DNA of 61,370 nt, counting the filler. It is 13 parts of 13 records of this genome, joined end to end, with 100 filler letters (N's around TTAATTAATTAA, not from the genome) between each part and the next. Parts side by side here need not be neighbours in the genome. Positions count along the whole stretch, not along the records: positions 34,496 to 40,173 come from SRR15195285_985; positions 40,274 to 44,920 come from SRR15195285_990; positions 45,021 to 48,842 come from SRR15195285_991; positions 48,943 to 53,734 come from SRR15195285_998; 9 more parts are not named here. One strand, 5' to 3'. Position 1 is the first letter of the stretch, and each line of letters opens with the position of its first letter. The translations under genes and the position numbers were made by a program. Of the stretch, positions 38,001 through 48,983 are shown piece by piece. Below the pieces are notes generated by a model. It saw only the letters and a program-made list of their open reading frames with translations, was not told the DNA's origin and made no database searches.

Positions 38001-40173
38001 ATAAAGTTCAGTGTGCCAGTCATTGGCACGCTTATCAACGCCGACAAAATAGATGCGGCCAGGCCGTTACCAGCGCATTCATCATCGCACTGCTCAGCAC
38101 ACCCAGATACAGCGTTTTGTCCCCCAGCAAATGTCTCGTCAGGGCAACGATTGTAGCAATCGGGGTCGGGCTTCTTGAAGAATAGCACATTCAGAAACAT
38201 GCCTGTTCGTTGAGCACAACATGATTATGAATAAAAATTTGCAACGCCGAAAAGAGCTATGGCGATGAAAATGTGCAATGCCGAAAAACCACAAGGTCCA
38301 GTGTCGTACCGATTAGAATCGAGGCCCAAAACACCAGCAGTCGCTCATCTCGTAAAAATGGGTCTCCAGGGTAGCCGAATAGCATGCCTCCTAGGTCCCA
38401 TCGAGTGCGGAGTTGAATTGTCATTCGCGTAAACCAACTCACGTCTGCACGCTCCAGCAGCTGTAGCCGCACAGCATATGTGGAAGCCCTATGGTCGAAA
38501 GCATCACGTGCCCGCTCAGTTTGTTCCCCGGTTGCCTCAGCCACCAGATTTTTGTATACCTTGATGCTAAGTATAGTAGTAGCCAAGGACAATGTCAGCA
38601 CGCCAAATGCAGTGGCCGCAGAGGCAGGATTGTTCATGATCCACTCCCTGAACAGCAAATGAAGGTAGAGATACGAGACAGTCCGGCACGCAGGCACACA
38701 CACGCACACATGCATACAGTCAAGGTGGTTCTATTTGAATGCATTGAAATTTCGATCTCTAGCATCAGCAGCAGCGACGAAAACCAAAATCGCTCGCACA
38801 GGCACATACTTAGAAAACAGTCCCTCCACAGACATTCTGTTGAAACTTGGAGGTGGCCCGATGAACGTGGAGAACGACGTCAGGTGAGTGAAGGCACATG
38901 TAGAAGAGTCTTCAGTTTTCTCCACCAACACGCCATCTTTCCTCCACTGCTCCCCATCCCAGAATGAGCACTGCATCTCGTCCGCTAGATACGCGCGCAG
39001 CAATGCTCCACGCAAGCAACTACAGTCATCTGTCCATCGGGCGCAATCCTCGGCGCCGCCACGCACACCATAGCACCCCTTCGCTTCGACCATTGCTCTC
39101 TGAGCAGCAGCGCAAGAGTCCCGCCGTGACGGACAGTAAATCTGCTCCTCTTCTTCGCGTTTGCGCAGCGCGCGTTGTTCTTCTTCAACGGCAACTTCAA
39201 AATCACTCGAGTTGATGGAGCAACCAATCGTAGATAGTGACACATTGTCGAATACATCCATGGCCTCAGCTGTCAGTGTCGTTCGGTTCCACAGCCCTGC
39301 AATGTATGCCTCGACTTCTTCGAGAGTTCGATTGTCGAGATTTGTTGAGTAGTTGGCCAACGTATTTTGTGCTGGCATCGTGACAAGAAACGGCGTGGTC
39401 AGATTGGAGATGTTCATCTCTCGTGCTCTCGGCCTGCCATCGTCATCTGTTGTCATTTCGCTGAAAGTCACTGACGTAACACCAGACACTCTTTCGCCTC
39501 GAGCATCGCCGTCACTCAGTGATTTTGGCGACGCAAAAAGAGGCCCAAGTCCATTGTACTGAACGACTTGAGACTTCAACGAATCCGACTTGGCTGTTTC
39601 AAGTGCCCCTGCCGGCACCTGCACAACGCCTTGAATCACGCTATTTTCGAGTTCTGTCTTAGCATTGCGGCCCACGGTCATGTTGAATGCAGAAGAACTG
39701 AGCACAGTCGGCTCTTGCCCGTCCAGCATACGATGGGCAGAGGTTTCACCAATACTGTCGACGATGCTAGACAGTTGATCACTTCGGCGGCGATCCTGTT
39801 CATCACTTAGCTGCTCTTCTCCGTCTTCTTGGGTCCTCCGTCGCCTTCGTCGTGCGTCTGATTGCAGATCCGCAGTCTTGAACAGCGACGATAGAGCATC
39901 CACGACCGAGTCAAGAGGGTAGTCTAAGGCCACCCCAGCCGCAGTCACTTGAGCAATGGCATCAATGGCTACACTGGCTGCACTGTCAGTTAGTTCTGCA
40001 GGTTCTTTGACGAGCGCCGCCAAGCTAGACGTCACTCGTTCTGCAGATTCAGCTGTCACTGCAACTTTGCCTGTTGTGTTGCTGTCTGTGGAAGACGATG
40101 ATGGCATCAACAAAAGATCAGACAAGGCATCAATCAGAACCTCTCTCGCAGCTGCTCGTTCGTCCACCCCCCC
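35056..40173 (-). CDS. GAIN/GPS-domain polycystin-1/REJ-like multipass membrane protein with a cytosolic C2 domain (multi-exon, 5' partial)
   Basis: GPS motif CSFWDGEQWRKDG...CAFTHLTSF, polybasic RRRRRR site, TMs after the GPS, ERLLVFWASILI/MFLNVLFF, C2-like VHISVIECQGL...YVKLTIGGETLKSSVVTGVNPTW, and terminal TMs with IDPLKIV. Confidence 0.75.
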
Positions 40174-41094
40174 NNNNNNNNNNNNNNNNNNNNNNNNNNN
40201 NNNNNNNNNNNNNNNNNTTAATTAATTAANNNNNNNNNNNNNNNNNNNNNNNNNNNNNNNNNNNNNNNNNNNNGACGCGAGTCCGACTCATCGATCGAAT
40301 TATAGCCACCCGCGAGGCAACTCCAGCCGCCGGAATATATTGAAAGAGCCCGGATCCTACCCCCTCCGCCGGCAGCGCCGGGAGGTAAATCTCGATCCAA
40401 TTATCGTGAAGGCTGATCTGAAGACTCAAGAAACCTCGAAGATGACTGACGCTGAGACTGGCCAAAACGCATGCGCAAACGGAAGTTCGTGAGCATCACT
40501 CGACGCATGTACAGCCTGGCGTATATAAAATCAATAGTATAGTACAGCGTACTGTACTAATTACAGTTCTCATTACGAATACACTAATTACAATTCTGTA
40601 CATGTAGGATTCCTACTATTCATAGTACGCAATCCGGATGTTGCAGTTCGCGCCGTAGCGCATCGCCCTCTCCGTGCGTGCACGCACTGCACGGCAGCAC
40701 GGAGGCACACGGTCGTGTACACTGTGTACACAGCCTGTACTGTACGCGTGTACGGTACTAGCTACCGGTAGGAACTTCCTATGATGCAACAGCTGTGGGT
40801 TCCTAATCCTATACGCATGTACAGTAGATCTATGATACTGTAGCTACGCGGCACCGTAGACCGTACCGTTGCGAGTCGGTCAACATGGATGATATACGCA
40901 CGAACAGCGCGCCGGGGGAGCCTCGGTGTGAGCCACGCACCGCCACGTATGCGAGAGGAGTTCGTGCTGAAGAAGTGGCCTCAGAGCTGCGAACAGCTTA
41001 CGCAAAAGCAGCTTCAGTACTCTCCTACTAGTAGATTCTCTGGTGTGTACACACTGAATTCAGTTCAGACCACCCTCTTCTCCACGAGCTGCTG

Positions 41095-43901
41095 ATGGTT
41101 GTTCGCTCCACACCCGGGGCGTGTGCTGCGTTCACGGACCTCGACGCGGCAGAGGCAGAACCGTCACTGGCGAGTGAACCGGAGCTGTTCACCAATATAG
41201 ATCCTGTGAACGCAGAGGAGCCAGCGCCAGTGATACCGCAAACGCCTGGGCAGGTGACGTTGGCTGCTGACCATCAGCAAGGTGCGACCAACACTGTGAC
41301 AACTGCGGCGGCCCCGTTGCAGCCACAGGGCGAGTGTGCGCACAATCGCGCTGCAACAGCTTCGGCGAGACGGGGAAGTCGGGAAGGTCCTGACGAGGCC
41401 AGCAGAAACGGTGGCGAAGAGAAGTTTCCAGTCCGATCTGGCTCTCGCGGATTCTGGGATCTGGGATCTGGTCCGATTCGTTTATCTGGTCCGATTCGTT
41501 TATCTGGTCCGGCTCGTTTGTCACCACTGCGGCCCGACAGAAAAGATTTCCCGTGGCGAGATCCAGACATGGATGTGAGGACGAAAGCACGCTTGTTCAC
41601 CAAAGCAGTTGTGGCGGCGCGCGCTGACAGCGGGGCCGCTACGGCTGGAGAGTCGCTCGACCACGAGGAGGCGCGCCACGTGATGGAGCGGGTCTGGGAT
41701 TTTGACATCGGCAAATTACAGGAGCACGCGCTGCGGACGGGGGCCGACCCATTGCAGATTTTGAAGGCTGGCGCTGATGGCTTATCGGATCACCCTGGGC
41801 TGCAGATTCTCGACGCTAGAGAGTCGGTGCAGGCATTCATCATCATGCGACTAGTCAAAATGCCACCATCGTTAGGTGAACAGAGACTGCGAGTGCAAAT
41901 CGAGGGTTTAGGGTGTGGCAATCCTTACTGCGTGCACATGAAGACTGGTGTGTCGTGTCCGGGCGGCTGCAAATGGAAAATCTCTGGTCGCAATGGCCAG
42001 GATATACACAGGCACAAAGGCCTTGTGGAGCTCCGAAAGCTTGCCCTTGTGTGGGATGTGAGCCCACTCGAAGTATTCCACTGTGGATCTATGCCAGATC
42101 TCATGAGCCAGAAGGATAAGCTCACCGCCCTCATCGTCAACCGGGCGCGAAGTCTGGATTTTGTGCGCCCATCCGAACCCGAAGAGCTCTCTGCGCGTGA
42201 TAGCAGCCAACAGACTGATGCTGATCTCGCCAAGGTAATGCGAGACCAAGAACACTTACTCTTGGTGGGACGGCTACGGACGGACGGGTTGGCATGGGCG
42301 GAGGAGCCGCTGACCTGTTGCAAGGGTCGAGCCCGCTGTTGCTGCGCGATCCGCAGTGCGTCGCTGCAGATCGTGATGAGCATGCAGGGCACCGTCCTAG
42401 AATGGTGCATCAAAGGCGTCCAGATGTGGATCTCTGTGAGTGTATATATCGTCACGCGTATTCTCGTGAGACGTTTTCGGAAGCCTGAGGAGCAGCAGCA
42501 GTTCCCGCCGATGGACGCACCACATATCATCGGTGGATTCCTGTCATTCTTTCTAGTGTTCTACGCTAGCCAGGCATACGACAGATTCAACTCGATGTAT
42601 GCCAATTCCATGCAATGCTTGGGGATAATCTTTGACGTGTGCACACTCGCGAAGGTCAACCTCGATGCGGCGGCCGCCATCCGGATATGGCGTCACGTGA
42701 ACTTGGCGCACATACTGGCTTACACGGATGTCTCCGAGACATACGCCGTGAGCAATTTTCTCGAACCGATGAATCAGAAGTATGGACTTTGCTCACGTGC
42801 CGAATGGAGACGGGTCTTGGAACTCAATCCCGACTCTAGCAGCGACGCAACACGAGAGGCCATCGCGTGGGCTATGAATGATGTTGTGATGCAGACGAAA
42901 CCGATCGAAAGACCTCACCGTGCGTTGCAGCATATGTCTTTGCCTGCGCTCATCAAGCGAGCCAAGCGCGCTCGAGTCCCAGTCCACATGTACCGCGAGT
43001 CTTCGCCTTTGCACAAGATGGCTTTCCCTGCCGATAGTGTGGAGCCACTACAGCCAATAGATGAAGAGAGAAGTGAGCTCATCAAGGCGATCTTGAAAGA
43101 CCCGAATGCTGCACCACCTGTTCACACATGGAACATCAATGCGGTCATAGAATGGATCACGGATCTTGATGGTGTCGTGGTCGATGATGTTGAAGCCGTC
43201 AGTGCAGCCCTAAAGAAAAACGGTATAACCGGATCGGATATGCTGCGGCTGACACCAGACCGTCTCGACACGCTAGGCATCGGCCGGATTCACTCTCAAT
43301 TGCGCATCATGCAAGCAATCCATAGTTTGACCGGCGAAAAGGAGGTGCTACCCCCCCCCCTGTAGGCATAAAGATGGTCAACGATATCCTGGGGCTCCGT
43401 GGCCAGCTTGCCCGCCTGTACGACAGCCAATGGCCGGTTCCGTTCTTCTACATCCACCTACTGCACCTCACATGTGCGATCTATTTGCCTATCTTCGCCT
43501 ACTCTCTCGCACTGGGCTCCGAAATACCCGAGAGCTGTGATTCCGTAGACGACCGCAGCATGTGCTGGAACAAACTGTGGTGGGAGCTTTCTGGCATGAT
43601 CATGATCAGTGTGCAGAACATCATTGTGATCGGCCTCGTTCGCTCTGGTCAACAGCTCTCTGATCCGTATGGTGATGATATTGTCGACCTTCCGGTCCGT
43701 AGCTGGGTATTGTGGGCTTTGGATGCCAGCAAGGCCACGCTGACATCCTCGTCCGATCCGGTGGCACCAACTGATCGTATTGAGGCAGGCATTGAAGACC
43801 TGAGACCTGCCGCAAACAACAAGGTTAGGAGACGACTGAAAACATTGTTGAGCAACGGCAAGATGAAAGAAATGACAAAACAACACGCAGCAGCAAGATA
43901 G
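41095..43901 (+). CDS. Bestrophin-family anion channel with an inserted SAM domain; frame break at the C10 run 43351-43360
   Basis: GGFLSFFLVFYASQAYDRF, PVPFFYIHLL, LSDPYGDDIVDLP. SAM-like VHTWNINAVIEWI...LKKNGITGSDMLRLTPDRLDTLGIGRIHSQLRIMQAI. Confidence 0.8.
41468..41521 (+). repeat. 18-bp coding tandem repeat x3 (SGPIRL)
   Basis: tctggtccgattcgttta x2 followed by tctggtccggctcgtttg. Confidence 0.9.
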
Positions 43902-44370
43902 GCACCATCTATCTTTAAAACCCCAAAACACTCGCCCGGTGGTATGCCGATCGTGAGATTCTGAACGGCAACCTTCGGGCCAACTGGCGAGTCGTACACT
44001 TTTCGAATGTGGGCATTCGTCAAAGGCATCCGGCTCATCAACAACTGGCACTGCCTGACCGTTTGTACCTGTCAAGCGCGAGCTATTGTGCGTCAACCTC
44101 TACGGACTGGCTACCCAGCCCTTTTACTGCTCGGTTGCCCGACGGATCATCAACAATTTTGCCCAAATCAGTGCAATTCCTACCGATAGCTTCCTTTTGC
44201 CCACCACTCAGCACTGATGAATTGATTTGCGCTTTCTGCTCCAAGCCTACACGTGCGACCATCTCGTCAACTGCAACGGATTTTGTCTGTATGGGGGACG
44301 TTCTTCAACGCGGCAAATACCTCCAGATGCTGACGAACAGAATTTTAGCTAAGACATCGTGAGACTGGCC
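43902..44370 (-). pseudogene. Decayed ABCA transporter fragments
   Basis: Across frameshifts: HDVL / SVRQHLEVFAALKNVP / AVDEMVARVGLEQKA...LSGGQK / RKLSVGIALI / DDPSG, then IRKVYDSPVGPKVAVQNLTIGIPPGECFGVLKIDGA. Confidence 0.8.
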
Positions 44371-45020
44371 GGCGTCATCTTCTGCTACATGTACGAATGG
44401 GACTTTGATTCGCATTTCCATTGGACTTGATTTAGCTTGCACAAACTCGTCACTCGTTCGCGAGCGCGCGTCTTGCGAGGACTATTGTTTAAAACACTCT
44501 CATCTCGCGCGTCACGCCATGCTATGTTTCCTAGTCTGCATGTGTCGATCTGCAGCACGACCTGGTCGTCGTTAAGCTCCGTGTTATCCAGTAGCCATTG
44601 CTTGATCTTCGCTGCCTGGCTACTATCACTGGGTTCTGCTCCTCATGGATGATATAGACTGGCAAGACCACATCTTTTGTGCGCTGTCACGCTAGGTTGA
44701 TGACGAAGATGGTGCCCCAAAGCTGAAGCTGCTTGCGCCTGACGCGGCGCTGGATGAGGAGGCAGCCGAGCTGCCCGAGAGACCGCCGCTCGCGCCGACG
44801 GTGTTGAATGTCGCCGAAGGGTTGCCCAGAACCGCCGCGTGCTCTTCACCTGACGCCACACTGGTGGACATCGCACAGTGAGCGTCGACTAGGGCAAGCT
44901 GTAGCGCTCTGTGTTTTGAANNNNNNNNNNNNNNNNNNNNNNNNNNNNNNNNNNNNNNNNNNNNTTAATTAATTAANNNNNNNNNNNNNNNNNNNNNNNN
45001 NNNNNNNNNNNNNNNNNNNN

Positions 45021-45063
45021 GGCTCTGGCTCCGGCTCCGGCTCTGGCTCTAGCTCCGGCTCCG
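45021..45063 (-). repeat. Coding (Pro-Glu)n hexanucleotide repeat at the contig end
   Basis: ggctct/ggctcc repeats encode PEPELEPEPEPEPEP, the likely cause of the assembly break. Confidence 0.85.
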
Positions 45064-48000
45064 GTGCAGACGGCGGCACGCCCTCAGGCATTTGCAGCCC
45101 TGCAGCGTTGCTAGCGGTCGTGATATCATGCGAGCAGCCCGGCCACTCGTGCTCGATGACTGCCTCGAGCTCTGCCTCGAATACCCGCAAGCTGCCCAGA
45201 CATGCGCCGTGAAGACCGCCGGCGCGACAACGAGCCTCCAGAACGACGCCAGTCGCGCCCTTCTGTCCGATCGACACCTCTATCCGCAGCGCCCTTGCTA
45301 TATGCGCGACAATCGCGTGCTTCATCTGCTGTTTTGTCTCGGCCTCCAGTGCCGTCTCAACGACATCCGAAGCCACGCCCGCGCTCAAGGCCTCCGCCTT
45401 CAGCTCCTTCATCGTCAGGGACGACAGTGCTGTCAGGTAAGGGCTCCCAGCGATCGCATCGGGAACTGCAGCGCCCTCGATCCTTGCAATCGTGACCAGG
45501 TCGCGCCGCCACACCACCGTCTCCTCGCCACACCACTTTGCGCAGCGACTCAGTACGACTGCCAAGAAACCCGGTGGCAGTGGCTGGTGAAACTCGAAGC
45601 TACGCACGACGGCATCCACGCCGGCAGGGTCGCCATTCAGACTTTCAGCCAGCTCGGCCAACGATCGATGCTTGTGCACATCAACTTCCTTGCTCGCCGC
45701 CTCCAGAAGCACCTCCTGTGTCTGCTTGAGCTGAACTCTGATTATGCCACCGGGTGTCAGCTGATCTGCCGACTGGATCACGAACGACGTGCCGCATGGC
45801 ATGACTAGCTCGTCTTCGCTCGGAATGTGCGAATATTCTTGCACGTCCCGGGCGCAGCTGCTGCTGATGCAGAAGATTACTCGCTTGCCGTCGTTACCAG
45901 CGAACTGCTTCACGACGCCCAGATTGGTTGAAGTCGAAGAAAACGACCACCAGACCACTGGCTCACCAGCTTCAGCATCGTGCTGCAGCTCCTCGAGCGA
46001 AATGTCCGGCCGCGGATCCTTGATGCCACGATACAGGAACTCGCCGCTCTGGACCTTGACGATTGCAGCCGGCGAAATGCCAGCGGAACCTGCCGGAACT
46101 CCAGGCACATGCTCCGCGCTGCTGTCCGCTGGGTTCTGAGTCACGAAGTCGCTCCAATCCACCACTTTTGCTGCGACGAGACGCTTGATCGCTGTGCTGG
46201 GCGAAGACTTCAGTTGTTGCACCAGCTGCAGCGCTTCCGACTGACTTGCCAGCTTAAGCTTGTCGACGGCACCGAGAAACTCATGGATCCCCTCCTTGAG
46301 GTCAACCGGTGGCAGTTTCAGCAGAGCTCGCTGCAGCAGCCCGATATATAGCCAGTACGGCCGAACTTTCTCGGGCTGTTGAGAGCGGAGTGCGCTGTTC
46401 AACGGACGGTACAGATTCGCTTTCTCGTCGGGCGAAGAGTGAGTATTCTCCTGCGTGTACAGGTTGATGGCTGCTATCTCGTCCCGGTTCAGCTCATTCG
46501 CGTCGCACGATGCACCCTGTAGAATGATGGAATCTGCTTTCGCGAACGCAATTTCCAGCCCTTTCGCAAGCTCCTCGGCGAGCATCGTGCCAGTCTTCAC
46601 AATCGATGCAATCGCATCCTCAAGCCCAACTTGGGCCGAATTCACAGCAGCGCCGTCTTCCATGCCAGCAAGGAAGCGTGTGAACTGGCTCCGAGCTGCA
46701 GCAGCTGCTAGGGCCTCTCTCCGATCTGGCAAACGCATTGGCAGCAGCAACTGATCGGCGATGCTCAGCCTCGTGAGTAGACCAAGTTCCACAAGCAGAT
46801 CGACGATGAAATCCATCTGTGCCGGATCGTGGACAATCGGCGGCTGCAGGCCACGCCACAGCCACGGCAGCAGCGTAGGCCTGTCCAGTTCCCCTCGGGC
46901 CAAAAACCGGTGCCCCAGATCCTGAAGCTGCGCGTGTGCAGGATCAGCTGATGGGTCGAGCTGATTCAATCGCCGGGCGAGGTCATGGTCCACCAGCACT
47001 TTCATCACATCCACCAGACGCTGCGGTTCCAAAAACACACGGTCTCGGAGTGCCGGCGAATGGGAGTCAGGAAACAACACCTCGCCAGTAATCCGCAGGT
47101 ACATCATGGCGCGGCGCACCAGCTCAGGATCAGCCGCAATCTTCCGGGCTACTTGACAGCGCCGCTGCTTCAGGTAGTCGATGTTGATCTCGGGGCCCAT
47201 CAGCTCCTGAAAGAGCTGAGCGGCTTCGTCTGGCCATGTCTTCCACGAGACGAACAGCTCGTTGTAGTACTGCTGCAACTCCGTAGCTCGCCGTGCTGCA
47301 TTCGCTTCGTCATGCGTCATGTCACGCCCTACACTCCACCAGTGATCTGGGAATGCAGGGAGACTTTCAACCAAGGCAGACAGCCGCTTGTGCACAGCCT
47401 TCGCGCTGCGATGGCGAACTGTAAATTCCGTTGCTTTTTCTCCCAAAAGCGATAGCGAGAAGGTATACTCCCGGAAGCTGCTCTCGGCGGCCTCTTCAGG
47501 CGCCGCAGATGTCAAAAAGGCCTCCATGCCATCGCGCCATCGCTGGAGCTCCAATGCACTTCCGGCGTCAAACGCGGTGATATTTGCTTTGGTGCCTGCC
47601 GACACTAGCTCGAAACTGAAAGGCCTGTCCGGCCACGGCTTCCGAGGCTGCCGCATCGCAACCCCTGGCACAGTCAGATCGACCGAGATTGGCGCTGACC
47701 CGACAGCTACGGTAAATGTGCCAGTGCTCGAGATTTCAGCACGACAGACAACAAGCTCGGAGGCATCAGCCAACGGAGTCAGCTTGCCAATGATCCCCAG
47801 CGCCTCGTCTGCTGCCCGTGGCACGGCGGGCAGTGCGCCCAAGATCGCAGCGAAATCGTCGTGGCCGTGCTCCGTCGCCACCTCCGCCGCTGTTTGCCCG
47901 GTATCAGTGAGCACAGTGCCGTCGAAGATCACGCCCTGATCAACAAGCCAGCGATACTCATCGACTGCGCCATGGTACGCCAGCTGGTGGAGCAGGCCGT

Positions 48001-48842
48001 ACCGACGGTCTCTGGGCACCGAGTTGATCATCTCGTTCGGCAGTGCACACGGAGCATCTCTCGCCGAAAACAACTGCTGCTGCATCTCCGACCATCTCGC
48101 ATGCTTGGCAGCGTGAACGACGCTCTGCAGCATCTTCATCCGCGCCACGCGGTCGACTGACACCTCCGAGCGGACCAGTTCAACCACGAAATGTGCATCG
48201 ACAGCATCCACATCAGGAGGTTCGGTTAACACCTGCTGCAGGTGTTCGCACGTCACAGACGACTGCTCCGCACACAGAGTCCTTGCTGCCCGCAGGATTG
48301 ACACATATGTGTTCGGCTGCGGCCTGCCAAACTCAGGGAAGGCATCGCTGTCGAAGGCTGCGGTGACCAGCTGCTCACGAAGATCCGCGAAGCCGGCAAG
48401 CGTCTTCGCACTGACGGCAATCGCTTCCTCTGACAGTCGCAATGGCTGAGAAACTACCCGCTGCAGGTGCCGAATCCGTGCAGCGTAGGCCTCTGGGTCC
48501 CTGTCTCTGAGACCGTCGAGCTCTCGCTCCTGTGCGGCTGCAGTTGTGCGTAGGGAAGCACTGATTGCGGTGACCATCTGGCTGCATCGCGAGCGCACAA
48601 GCGACTGGTCGTCGATCTCATCGGCGTGGCTGGCCACGAGGATCACCTTGGAACCCGGCGCGCAGGTCTGGATCAGAGTAGCCCAACCAACCATCTTCTG
48701 CTCCATGGACTCCAACGCCTCGACCTCACCAGCTGCCGATCCAGGAGAATGGGCGGAGAGTGCCACGTTCCACACCAGCACGTACAAGGTAGCCTCCGAC
48801 AGAAACGTCTGGTGCATCTCCTGGTACTCGTCGTGCCCGCCC
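45021..48842 (-). CDS. Roco-family (Roc-COR) GTPase with ankyrin, PH, PX and ADP-ribosyltransferase insertions (partial at both ends)
   Basis: Uninterrupted frame across the contig. Roc: GGHDEYQEMHQTFLSEATLYVLVWN, ILVASHAD, AVSAKT. COR: LRITGEVLF, RVFLEPQRLVDVMKVL, LLVELGL, LPPGFLAVVLSR, VVWR. ART: LYRG, WSFSSTST, SEDE. Confidence 0.85.
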
Positions 48843-48983
48843 NNNNNNNNNNNNNNNNNNNNNNNNNNNNNNNNNNNNNNNNNNNNTTAATTAATTAANN
48901 NNNNNNNNNNNNNNNNNNNNNNNNNNNNNNNNNNNNNNNNNNCAACTTCTCAGCTCAAACTAGTTGAATCAAGCCACGCAGTG

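Noticed and set aside
43345-43365. 21-nt intron repairing the bestrophin frame
   Set aside because: Removing it gives GAG GCA TAA, an immediate stop.
44387-44920. Possible terminal exon(s) of a minus-strand gene (KIKQWLLDNTELNDDQVVLQID...)
   Set aside because: No recognisable domain or coherent gene model before the contig end, so it is not supportable.
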